A stretch of 32,238 bases of DNA from the NCBI GenBank assembly GCA_013239625.1, contig MU054204.1:582879-615116 (forward strand), read 5' to 3'. Positions within the stretch are counted from its first letter, which is position 1; each line of letters starts with the position of its first letter. Shown here piece by piece: positions 1-10,880 of this stretch. The position numbers and the translations under genes were made by a program. This DNA comes from Lama guanicoe (Eukaryota). A model generated the notes under the pieces. That model had not been told where the DNA came from, searched no databases, and saw only the letters and a program-made list of their open reading frames with translations.

Positions 1-336
1 TGAACTACTTTTAACCCTAATGTAAAAGTTAGTAGATAAAAATTTGTTAATGGATGAACAATATTTAAAAAGCAAACTCTGTACACAAGAACAAAAAGTA
101 TAAGCGTTAGGGGGGAGTAAAAGTATTTTTGTATACTGTTGTTTAAGTTGTTAACAACTTAAAATAGAAGGTTATAACTACAAGATATTTCAAGCAAGCC
201 TTGAGCTAAACACACACACATGTGCACATACACAAAACACCTATAACAGATACACAAAAGACATAGAGAAGAAAACTAAAGCAAATCACTATTTAAAAAA
301 TCATCAAATAACAAAGGAAGACAGCAAGAGTGGAAG

Positions 337-564
337 AGAGGGGTGGGAAGGGATAGACTGGGATTTCAAAATTGTAGAATAGATAAACAAGATTATACTG
401 TATAACACAGGGAAATATACACAAAATGTTATGAAAACTCACAGAAAAAAAATGTGACAATGAGTGTGTATATATCCATGAATGACTGAAAAATTGTGCT
501 GAACACTGGAATTTGACACAACATTGTAAAATGATTATAAATCAATAAAAAATGTTTAAAAAAA
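337..564 (+). mobile_element. Young 5'-truncated L1 3'-end fragment nested in the older L1 inter-ORF region
   Basis: gggtgggaagggatagactgggatttcaaaattgtagaatagataaacaag...aatcaataaaaaatgtttaaaaaaa; closely similar in reverse complement to 10880-11200 and 31055-31270. Ends with AATAAA and an A-tail. No clear TSD. Confidence 0.85.
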
Positions 565-3500
565 TTGCAAGACATACAAAAAGCAATGATCAAAATGGCA
601 ATATTAAGTTCTCACTTATCAATAATCACCATAAATGTAAATGATTTAAGTTCATCAAACAAAAGACATAGAGTAGCTGAATTGATTTTTTAAAAAAGAT
701 CAGAAATACCCTGTTTACAAGATTCAGTTTAGAATTAAAGACACCATAGTCTGAAAGCAAAGGGATGGAAAAGATATTGCATGCAAATGGTAACCAAAAG
801 AAACAAGGGTAGCTATACTTATATTAGACAAAATACGCTTTAAGTCTAAAACTGTCTCTAGAAACAAAGAAGGACATTATATAATGATTAAATGGTCAAT
901 ACAACAGGAAAATATAATAATTATAAATATACATATGCACCCAACATCAGAGAACCTAAATATATAAAGCAAATAATGGCAGATTTGAAGGCAGAAATTG
1001 ACATCAATATAATAATAACGGGGGGCTTCAATACTCCACTTATAATAATGGATAGAATATGCAGACAGAAAATCAATAAAGAAACAGTCAACTTGAATAA
1101 CAATATTGACCTAACATATACAGCAATTCCCACACAACAGCAGCAGAAGACACATTCTTCTCAAGGGCACATAGAACATTCTCCAGGAAAGATAACATGT
1201 TAGGTCACAAAACAAGTTATAACAAGTTTAAGAAAATGGAAATCATTTCAAGTATCTCTTCTGACCATAACAGAATGAAATATAAATCAATAATAGCAAG
1301 AAAATAGAAAAATTAACAAATACATGAAAACTAAATAATATATCCTTGAACAATCATTAGGTCAAAGAGGAAATCCAAATGGGATTTTAAAAATATCTTC
1401 AGAAAAAAAATGAAAACACAACATAACAAAACATAGGGATGCAGCAAAAATAATTGTAAGAGGGAAGTTCATAGCAATTAACACCTCCATTTAAAAAAAG
1501 GATCTTAAATAAACAACCTGAAGTCACATATCAGGGAGCTGGAAAACCAACAGAATAAACCCAAAGTTAGCAGAAAGAAGGAAATAATAAATATCAGAGC
1601 AGAACTAAATCAAATAGATTTTAAAAATTATAAAAAGTCAACAAAGCTAGAGGTAATTTTTTAAAAATGAGTAAAATTGACAAACCCTCAGCTAGAGTAA
1701 AGAAAAAAAAAGTAGAGAGGACTCAAATAAAGTCAGAAATGAAAGAGAAGACATTACAAAAGATGCCTTAGAAATAAAAAGGAACATAAGGAACTATTAT
1801 AAACAAACTAGATAACCTAGAAATTGATACATTCCTAGAAACAAATTACTAAAATTGAATCAGAAAGAAATAGAAAGCCTGAACAGACCAATAACAAATA
1901 GGGAGATTGAATCAGTAATCAAAAATCTCCCCAGAAAAGAAAAGTCCAGGACCTGATGGCTTCATGTGTGAATTCTACCAAGCATTCAAAGAACTAATAC
2001 CAATTCTTCTTAAACTCTTCCAGAAAATAAAAAACAAGAGAATACTTCCAAACTAATTTTATAAGGCCAGCATCACTCTGTTACCAAAACCAGGCAATGA
2101 TACTAAAAGAAAAGAAAGCTGCAGACCAGTATCCCTGATGAACATAGATGCAAAAATCCTTGATAAAATACTAGCAAACTGAATTAAATAGCACATTAAA
2201 AGGATTATACACTATAACCAAGAGGAATTTACCCCAGGGGTGCAACAATGGTTCAATATACATAAATCAAACAATATATAGATTTCAATATATTGAAATC
2301 AAACAATATACATAAATCAAACAATATACATAATCAAACATGGTCATCTCAATAGATGGAGAAAAAGCTTTTGACAAAGCTCAGTGCCCATACTTCATTA
2401 AACTTTTCAACAAAATAGGTACAGAAAGATCCTACCTCAACACAATAAAGGTCATATATGAAAAGCACATAAACAACATCATAACTGATGAGAAAAAACT
2501 GAAAAGCTTGCCCTCTAAGATCTGGTACAATGCAAAGATGCCTACTCTCACCACTTCTTTTCAACGTAGTGCTAGAAATCCTAGCCAGAGCAATTGGGCA
2601 AAAAAAGAAATAAAAGGCACTCAAATTAGAAAGGGAGAAACAAAACTGTCTCTGTATACGACATGGTCATATATGTGGAAAAACCTAAAGATGCAATAAA
2701 ATTTTTGTTAGAACTAACAAACAAATTCAGTAAAGTTGAAGGAATCAACATGCAAAAAGTTTGTTGGGTTTCTATACACAAACAATGAACTATTCAAAAG
2801 AAAAATTAAGAAAAAAAGCCCATTCCCAATAGTAAGAAAAAAAATAAAATACTTAGGAATACACTTAACCAAAGAAGGGAAAGACTTGTACACTGAAAAT
2901 TATAAAATATTGACGAAGGAAAGTAAAGAAGACATACATAAATGGAGAGACATCCCATGTCCATGGATTAAGAATTAATATTGTTAAAATAGCCATACTA
3001 CCCAAAGTGATCTACAGATTTAATGTAGTCTCAATCCCAATCCCAATGGCATTCCTTACAGAAATAGAAAGAGCAATCCTAGATTTCATATGGAACCACA
3101 AACAACCCCAAATAGCCAAAGCAATCTTGAGCAAGAAGAGCAAAGTGGAGACATCACACTTCTTGATATCAATATATATTACAAACCTATAGTAATCAAA
3201 ACAGTATTTTACTGGCATAAAAAGACATATAGACCAATGGAACAAAATAGACAGCACAAAAAGAAAACCATGCTTCTACAGTCAACTGATTTTGAGAAGG
3301 GTTCTAAGAACACAAAATTGGGAAGGATAGTCTTCAATAAATGGTGTTGGAAAAATTAGATACTGATACACAGGAGAATGATATTAGAGCATTATCTCAC
3401 GCCATATACAGAAATCAACTAAAGCTTAAATGTAAGACCTAGAACTATAAAACTGCTAGAAGAAATCAGAGAAAAGCCTTCTTGACATTGACTGGGGCAA

Positions 3501-3794
3501 TGATTTCTTGGCCGTGATACCAAAAGCATAAGCAACAAAAGCAAAAATAAACAAATGGGATTACATCAAATTAAAAGTCTACTGCACAGCAAAGGAAACA
3601 ATCAACTGAGTGAAAAGGCAACCTAGGAATGGGAGAAAATTTTTGCAAACCATATATATCTGACATGGGGTTAATATCCAAAATATATAAGGAACACCTA
3701 CAACTTAACAGCCAAAAACCCCAAATAATCTGATTTTAAAAGGAGCAAAGGACTTGTATAGACATTTTTCAAAAGAAGACATAAAAATGGCTAA

Positions 3795-4074
3795 AAAAAT
3801 ATTACGACCAGCCCTTTGTAAACAGTTGTAATAAGTTGGACCCACATTAGAAAAGGAAAGCTACTGGAAGCTGGTTGAATGCCTGAGAAATAGATAAACA
3901 AGTTTATACTGTATAGCACAGGGAACTATAATCAATATCTTGTAGCAACCTATAATGAAAAAGAATATGAAGACAAGTGGATGTGTGTATATGTATGACT
4001 GAAACATACTGTATACCAGAAATTGACACAACATTGTAAACTGACTATAATTCAATAAAAAAAATTTTTAATTA
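3795..4074 (+). mobile_element. TSD-flanked retro-insertion: ~90 bp unidentified segment fused to ~190 bp L1 3' end
   Basis: Flanked by aaaaatggctaa (3783-3794) and agaaatggctaa (4076-4087). 3887-4074 is L1 3'UTR (aatagataaacaagtttatactgtatagcacaggg...aataaaaaaaa). Host ORF2 resumes after the second TSD copy. Confidence 0.85.
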
Positions 4075-5044
4075 AAGAAATGGCTAACAAGTTAAGTGGT
4101 CAACATCATTAATCATTAGGGAAATGTAAATCAAAACCAGTGAGATAGTACCTCACCTTTGTTAGAATGGCTATTATCAAAAGTCAAGAGATGAAAAGTG
4201 CTGGCAAGGATGTAGAGAAAAGAGAAACCTTGGGCACTTTTGGTGGGAGTATAAATTTGTACAGCCATTATGGAAAGTAGTATTAGGTTTCTCAAAATAT
4301 TAAAAATATAACTACCTTTTGGTCCAGCAATTCCACTTCTGGGTATATATCCAAAGGAAATAAAATCAGGATCTCAAAGAGATATCAGCACTCCTATTTT
4401 TATTTCAACATTATTCACAATAGCCAAGATATGGAAACAATCTAAATGTTTAATTTAGGATTTAAATTAGTGGATTTATGGATTAAATCAATGGATTAAT
4501 TGATAAAGAAAATGTGGTATACATGTATACAATGGAATATTGTTCAGCTTTAAAAAAAGAAGGAAATCTTGCCAGTTGCAACAACATGGATGAACCTAGA
4601 GGACATTGTGCTAAATTAAATAAGCCAGACACAGACAATACTACATGTTATCATTTATATATGGAATCTAAAACAGTTAAACTCACAGAAGCAGAGAGTA
4701 GAATGGTGGTTACCAAGTACTGAGGATAGGGAGAAATGGGGACATGTTGGTTAAGGGATACAAAGTGTCAGTTATGCAGGATGAATAAGTTTTGGAGATC
4801 TAATGTACAATAATGTGACCATAAGTAGCGATCATTTATTTTATACTAAAATTTGCTAAATGGGAAGATTGTAAGTGCTCTCAACACAAAAAGAAAAAAG
4901 AAGGAAAGGAAGTAGTAACATTCTGAGGTGGTATGTTAATTAACTGGATTCATGGTGATTATTTCGCAGTATATATGTATCTCAAATCATTAAATATATA
5001 CAACTTTAATTGTCAAACATACCTTAATTATTTACACTCACTTT

Positions 5045-5685
5045 TTTCATTTATGTACTTATTTATTTTTCATTTTATTGAGTTACAGTCAGTTTACAAT
5101 GTTATGTCAGTTTCTGGTATACAACACAATTTTTCAGTCATATATAAATATACATATATTCATTTTCATATTATTTTTCACTATGAAGTACTACAAGATC
5201 TTATATATATTTCCCTGTGCCATGCAGTATAAACTCGTTTATCTATTCTATATATAGCTGTCAGTATCTACAAATCTCGAACTCCCAGTCTGTCCCTTCC
5301 CACCCCCCTCTCCCCTGGCAACAACAAGTTTGTATTCTATGTCTGTGAGTCTGTTTCTGTTTTATATTTAAGTTCATTTGTCTTCTTCTTTTTTAAGATT
5401 CCACATATGAGCGATCTCATATGGTGTTTTTCTTTCTCTTTCTGGCTTACTTCACTTAGAATGACATTCTCCAGGGACATCCACGTTGCTGCAAATGGCA
5501 TTTTTATGGCTGAATAGTATTCCGTTGTAAAAATGTACCACATCCACATATGTCTCATATGGTGTTTTTCTTTCTCTTTCTGGCTTACTTCACTTAGAAT
5601 GACATTCTCCAGGGACATCCACGTTGCTGCAAATGGCATTTTTATGGCTGAATAGTATTCCGTTGTAAAAATGTACCACAACTTC
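5045..5685 (-). mobile_element. 5'-truncated young L1 (ORF2 C-terminal end plus 3'UTR), antisense
   Basis: Minus-strand ORF MWYIFTTEYYSAIK-MPFAATWMSLENVILSEVSQKEK is the L1 ORF2 C-terminus. T-rich tail on the left. Similar to 25352-25830. Confidence 0.92.
5400..5680. repeat. Near-perfect tandem duplication (143 bp + 138 bp)
   Basis: 5400-5542 and 5543-5680 are identical except that copy 2 lacks agcga. Visible as a duplicated peptide in ORF 5337..5681. Confidence 0.97.
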
Positions 5686-5831
5686 TAATTATCTTCTTTA
5701 TTTCCTCTAGTCCCCACCCCTTGTGATTATGGGGTAGTCTGATAGACAACTAAGTGATACTAAGCCAGACAACTAGGTTGTATAGATCAACAAATAGATT
5801 AAAGTTGGCTAAATGACTCTCTAGCTCATAT

Positions 5832-5961
5832 ATGGTGTCTCCATGGCTAGTGGTTTGCTCAGGATGAACACAGTTTACATTTATTGTCCCAGCATAATTA
5901 CACATTAAAACTTCCCCCTTTCACTCTTCAGAGTGTCCTGATTTGGGTGATATGATCACCC
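5832..5961. mobile_element. MER94-like hAT non-autonomous DNA transposon relic
   Basis: ggtttgctcagga...ttgtcccagcataatta...ccccctttcactct...gtgtcctgatttgggtgatatgatcaccc resembles the recalled MER94 consensus, including the ggtcaccc terminal repeat. Confidence 0.6.
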
Positions 5962-6570
5962 CACCAATGGCCAACCTGGAAGGCCCTAACATTCTGTAGT
6001 TTCCAAAGCCTTGGTATAACAAAGAAGTTGAGTTCAAGTTACAGCCCAAACCACCAATTTTGTTTTATCTAAGCACAAGCCATCCTAAACAAGATTCTTT
6101 TAAGGAAAGACGTCTTTAGAAAATTTTGTGCTTTGTGGGATGATTCATTTGAGACTTTTGTGCACTTTGCAAATACTTAATATTATTAAGTCCTCACATT
6201 TGGATTTTGCTTAGAATTTACAGGACACCTGGACAAACAAGATCTCCTTTAACCAACAAACAAATAATTATTGTACCTATCTGGGTTCTAGATTATGCTA
6301 ACGGGGATTCAGGAGATGGAGATAGCCTTAGCTGCCCTAAAACAGTAAAGAATTTGATTGGAGTGATGGTCTCTGCATGAATGTATTCCCTTAAGTATTT
6401 TAGAGAGGATAAAAATCAAACACAAAACCCAACAACCACACATTGAAAGCCGTTAAGTCAGACTGCCTTCCTCAGCGTTTGGAGAACCAGGGTTTGTATA
6501 CATGAGTTTTTCATCTGTCTTCAAAGTGGACTGTTAATCTGTGTCAATTATTAGAAAGGTAATATCATAC

Positions 6571-6998
6571 TGTGTTAATCTCCTTGGACCGCCATAACAA
6601 ATCTGCAAACTGGGTGAATTAAAACAATAGAAAACTTATTCTCTCACAGTTCTGGAGTCCAAATCAGTGTGTCAGCAGGGCTGTGCTCTTTCTCTAAAGG
6701 CTGTAGAATAAAATCCTTCTTTGCCTCTTCTTAGCTTCTGGTGATTACAGGCATTCTTTGGCATTCCTTGGCTTGTAGACACATCACTCCAGTCTCTGCC
6801 TCTATCATCACATGGTGTTCTCTCCTATGTCTGTGTTCAAATATCCCTCTTCTAATAAGTCACTGGATTAGTGCCTACTCTACTCACTAATGAACTCATC
6901 TTAAGTTAATTACATCTATAAAGATCTTATTTTCAAATAAGGTCACATTCCCAGGTACCATGTACTTAAACATATTTTAACAGGAGACACTCACCCAG
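6571..6998 (-). mobile_element. MaLR solo LTR (MLT1, probably MLT1C-like)
   Basis: gccataacaaa...aaactgggtg...ttaaaacaatagaaa.cttattctctcacagttctggag...tgtcagcagggctgtgctc...catcactccagtctctgcctc...caaataaggtcacattc: typical MLT1 reverse-strand motifs. Confidence 0.85.
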
Positions 6999-7229
6999 GG
7001 TTGTATGCATCAAAGTTTCCTTGTACATGCACATAAGGAATATAAATCCCATCTCTTCCATGGCTAAACCAAAACAATGTCCATTTTTATATATTCTTTT
7101 ATATTCTGTAGCTAATTGGACCATGAAATTCAGTATTCTACCAGGCAGAGTTCTTCGTTTCTTCCACATGTCCTGTAGAATCTTGAACATTCAAGGAGAG
7201 CTCACTTGTCCCTCTATACTGTTTAAGAA

Positions 7230-7345
7230 GTTGTCTCCTATAGTAGACTATGAGCTCCTTGAGGACAAGAACTATGGGGTCATTCATCTCTGTATCTGTA
7301 GTGCCTAGCTTCATAGATGACACAAAGTAGCTATTAGTAATTATG
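7230..7345 (+). mobile_element. L2 3'-end relic
   Basis: tagactatgagctccttgaggacaagaactatg...ttcatctctgtatc...agtgcctagc matches the L2 3' terminal motif. Confidence 0.7.
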
Positions 7346-8194
7346 GGAGAAGAGAAGCAGGTTGGAGGGAAGGAAGGTATTCATAGAGTTATGATCTAGT
7401 GGTTTAGGACATAGAAAGAGGCTGGAAGCTCACTATGCCAAAGCCAAGACCATGTCACTTCTTCAGGACTCTCTCCTCTCTACTCTGGTCTTCATAGAAC
7501 TTTGCCACAGTCTCAGTATGCAAAATATAATACAATCACAAAGTGATCCCATACCACGTGAACCTTTAGCTCTTAAAAGTAGCTTTTCCTTCCAGAATCT
7601 TCCTAGTCAGTCCAACAGCAGCTTAGCACATAAAAAGCATGCCAGAGGGGGAAGGAGAGGTCAGAGAGTACCATGTGCAGGCTATGTTTTAGATGACTAA
7701 TCCCTATAAATTGATCAAGGTTGAACACTAAATGTGCCAGAGCCCTCAATAGCTCAAATGCTCACGCTCTCTCTCTCTCTAATGGACCATTATCAACTGG
7801 TATCAGAGAGAATATATAGTTCGTTTTGAAGTCTTATGCCTTTACACACCCAATCAATTATAGTGTCAAAAATAAAAAATCCGAATATATACACCTATGT
7901 CTACATTCCAGAGGGAGGCAGAGAAGGAAGAGATCTGACATTGACAGGAATTAGAGAAAAGTTGGAAGTGTCCCATGGAACACATGCCCAGAACAAATTT
8001 GGGAGTTTTTGGTGCCCACCCCTCCCCTTCTTCTTTTAATCCCCAAACTAGTTGCTGGCATGTCCCGTGCCTGCCCCACAGCCATGAGAGTCAGGCTATG
8101 AGAAACAAATACAGCATTCACAGGAAGGTTAATAGTAAATGTCAAATTCAATACCATAAAAGAGGACACCAAACAGAACACCCTTCCATGGTGG

Positions 8195-8295
8195 CCAAGA
8201 CTTTGACTTGTTCATCACTATATCCCAAGTGCCTTGAAAAGTGTCAAGCATGGAGTAGTGATTCAGTAAATATTTAATGAATTTTGAATGAATCA
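8195..8295 (+). mobile_element. L2 3'-end relic
   Basis: ttgttcatcactatatcccaagtgcct...agtagtgattcagtaaatatttaatgaattttgaatgaat: L2 terminus with a tgaa-repeat tail. Confidence 0.65.
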
Positions 8296-8911
8296 AATTT
8301 ATTAACCAGGAAACTTCTATAGGCAGTCAGAGCATGGTAGTCAGAAAAGAATGCTTGGGCCAGAAGCTTCTGAAATGAAACTCTTGTCCCAGCAATGCAA
8401 TGCTCTTCTTACCTGGCAGTGTTAGGGCCAGGAAGAGTCATATATATCTCCAGGAGGGAGCAAAAGCCTAACAAGCATTCCTTAGGCCAGAGTCAGAGCC
8501 CTGCCTCCTCCCTTTCTTGCCTGGCTAAAGGACTTAGATATCACTGAATGTCCAACTTACCACTTCCTTTTGCTGCCTACTCAAAGACAGCCAAGGCCAA
8601 GGCTAACAGAACTAATTTTGCTTAGGCTAAACCAGTGCAATTGTTTAGCCAAGCAGAATAAAGATCATCACTCCTGCCTTTAGTTCCTATTCCAGCTACT
8701 TGCCCCCATTCTTTTTCACTCTCCAAAACCACTGGGGAAAAAATGGAGGTGGGAGATTTTTAGGTATCAGCTCCAACTTTCATCTTCCTCTTCCCATGCT
8801 CTGACACCTTCTATAGCTGGCCATTTCAGCCTTAGCAGCAGAATTTCTGGCCTCCCCTAATTCACCTCTGTCATTAACTCTCTATTCTTTCTTTTCTTTC
8901 ATCTATTTTAG

Positions 8912-9047
8912 ATACCTGCAGCAGAAAACAACCCTTTCCTTGTTGGAATGCACTATTGGTACTCCAGCCACAGTCCCCGCACCCAGCACTGCAATGTTTG
9001 TCGGGGGAGCATTCCTGCCTTATCAAGAAATGTTATCATCTGTGAAG
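8912..9047 (+). CDS. DGKK: DGKK internal coding exon (136 bp; first part of C1A; likely exon 5 by human numbering)
   Basis: Polypyrimidine tract with tttag acceptor (ag 8910-8911) and G|gtacct donor. Encodes IPAAENNPFLVGMHYWYSSHSPRTQHCNVCRGSIPALSRNVIICE plus 1 nt, matching recalled DGK-kappa. Confidence 0.95.
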
Positions 9048-9530
9048 GTACCTTTCTGATTCCTTTAGGAAACGGAGCTCAGTGGGTGGAGATAGGGATG
9101 AAGGAACTTGTGTGGCTTTAGTATCACTGACTCACCCTAGGTCACTGACTCTAGTGTAAGGTTAACCCTAACACTTAACAGACTGAGGAAAGACTGAGGA
9201 AAGGAGTTAGAAGGAAACTGGCATGAGGAGGAATTATCATATATCAAAATGGAGGGTTGGATCTGGGAGGATTGGACAATACGGTCACAGGGCTGGGAAA
9301 ACAGAAATCACCTCATTCTTACCATTAATTTCCATTCAAGTCAGATAGTAGAAAATTTAACCAGGAAGGATAAAAAGAAACTGAATTATATGGAGAATAG
9401 GACTTTAGAGTTAGGTCACTTCTAGCTTAGATGCATCTAGGTTCTAACTTTTAGAACAGCTTAGGGAAATAAATTAGAATCTTCATTGTCACCAGATTCA
9501 CATCCACTGTTTTTCTTCCTTTTTTTACAG

Positions 9531-9637
9531 TGTGCAAAGTGAAGTCCCACAGATTATGTGCTTTGAGAGCAAGCAAAGATTGCAAATGGAATACGTTATC
9601 TATCACTGATGACCTCCTCATGCCAGCAGATGAAGTG
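9531..9637 (+). CDS. DGKK: DGKK internal coding exon (107 bp; end of C1A and linker; likely exon 6)
   Basis: ttttttacag acceptor and gtaagt donor; phase fits the previous exon (G+TG=V). Encodes VCKVKSHRLCALRASKDCKWNTLSITDDLLMPADEV. The spliced product gives an exact C1 pattern, H-x12-C-x2-C-x13-C-x2-C-x4-H-x2-C-x7-C. Confidence 0.96.
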
Positions 9638-9962
9638 GTAAGTACCAGCCATGCTTTCTCATAGTCACCTTTTCCACCTCCCCTTCATCCAGGACACAAA
9701 GGGGAAGGAAGACATCTTCCTCTTTCTAGGCAACCTAAGTAGGCTTCTTCCCCAGGCTCATGATCCAAACAATCTAGAAGAAGGAAAGCTGCCTCCAGCT
9801 CCCACCTGTCATTGTCACTAGCATTGGAGTTAGGAGGGCAGGATAATGTAAAAATTCCTTGGGGTTACCTAGTATCCTCTATGGGGTAGTATAGTTATCC
9901 CAGCTGGGCCTTCCTCTTCTTATATCACTAACTTCTATCTTCTGTCTCTTTTTACCCTTCAG

Positions 9963-10088
9963 AAAACTATGCCCCATCAATGGGTAGAAGGAAACATATC
10001 TGTCAGTTCTCAGTGCGCAGTCTGTCATGAGAACTGTGGCAGTTATCAGAGACTTCAAGATTTCCGGTGTCTCTGGTGTCATTCTACG
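9963..10088 (+). CDS. DGKK: DGKK internal coding exon (126 bp; most of C1B; likely exon 7)
   Basis: Long pyrimidine tract with cag acceptor (ag 9961-9962), gtaaga donor, phase 0/0. Encodes [42 protein letters not shown] (H-x12-C-x2-C-x14-C-x2-C), the type II DGK C1B motif. Confidence 0.96.
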
Positions 10089-10469
10089 GTAAGACTCTTC
10101 CCATTTCCTTGATACTTAGAGAACTTGACTTCTAGAGAAGGGGTTGGGTTGAAGTTTGATTGTGCATACACATAGATAGAAATCTCAGAGACCCTTACCC
10201 AAAAATAGATTATACAGATTCCATAGTATAGATCTCAGTGTCCTGCCTTTCCAGAATTGGCTATGGAGTCTTTGAGATGAAGACTTAATGCTCCCTCTTA
10301 TCTTTGATGGGTCTCAAATGGTGAGGCCTACTTGCAAATGGGAAAAGCTGAACTCTCTTATAATAGTATGGACAATTAAAAAAATAAGTTCTGAGTCTGC
10401 CCTTATGAAAACTTCTTCCCTCATTCACTATTTCCTAGGAAATTATAATCGTTAATTAATTATGGTTAA

Positions 10470-10703
10470 TAATATTACCACATTTTTATTGCCACTATGT
10501 ATTGAGTGTTTTATATACACGATCTCATTTAATCCTTACAACAATCCTAAACCAGCCCTCACTGTCCCCATTTACAGAAGAGGAAAGTGAGGTTCAGAAA
10601 AGTAAAGTGATTTGCTCAAGGTCATGCAGCCAGTAAATAAGAGTCTTGATTCATACATAATTCTGCAAAAACTGTGCTCTAAACTGCAATATTACCATGC
10701 CTC
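10470..10703 (-). mobile_element. MIR SINE relic
   Basis: atctcatttaatccttacaacaatcct...ccccatttacagaagaggaaagtgaggttcagaaaagtaaagtgatttgctcaaggtcatgcagccagtaa is the MIR core in reverse. Confidence 0.85.
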
Positions 10704-10708
10704 TAAAC

Positions 10709-10779
10709 CAGTGGTTCTCAACTGCGGTTATTTTTGCCCATCTCCCCAGGAGACATTTGACGATATCTGGAGACTTTTT
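10709..10779 (+). mobile_element. MER20 (hAT-Charlie) left part
   Basis: cagtggttctcaac...ttttgccc...ccccaggagacatttgacgatatctggagac matches the MER20 5' end. Confidence 0.88.
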
Positions 10780-10824
10780 TTTATCCAATTCTGATGGAAT
10801 GTTTTTTAATTTATTGAGGTATAG

Positions 10825-10880
10825 TTTATTTATTTATTTATTTATTTACTTACTTACTTACTTATTTATTTATTTATTTT
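10825..10880. repeat. Compound (TTTA)n/(CTTA)n microsatellite derived from an L1 poly(A) tail
   Basis: tttatttatttatttatttatttacttacttacttacttatttatttatttattttt adjoins the 3' end of the young L1 fragment. Confidence 0.9.

Larger units (their letters stand above)
1..5028 (+). mobile_element. Old degenerate LINE-1 (inter-ORF region, ORF2 EN/RT remnants, L1MA-type 3'UTR); 5' part lies outside the window
   Basis: ORF2 fragments: YAPNIREPKYIKQ and GGFNTPL (892-1203, endonuclease), MVISIDGEKAFDK (2340, RT), KIKYLGIHLTKE (2736), IYRFN...[15 protein letters not shown] (3007). Many stops and frameshifts. 3'UTR ends near aattgtcaaacataccttaat at ~5028. Confidence 0.95.

Noticed and set aside
892..4723. 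ORF-track entries as functional genes or an active L1
   Set aside because: Short frameshifted pieces of one decayed ORF2.
6250..6380. Possible antisense L2 relic
   Set aside because: Resemblance too weak to call without a profile search.
5690..8900. Upstream DGKK (PH-domain) exon or other genes in the less repetitive stretch
   Set aside because: No PH-like peptide with splice sites found by eye; the listed ORFs show no recognisable homology and several overlap L2 relics.
9120..9205. Short direct repeats (tcactgactc x2, agactgaggaa x2)
   Set aside because: 10-11 bp duplications are common slippage products with no sign of function.
9879..10082. Minus-strand 67-aa ORF over the C1B exon
   Set aside because: Shadow of the real + strand exon.
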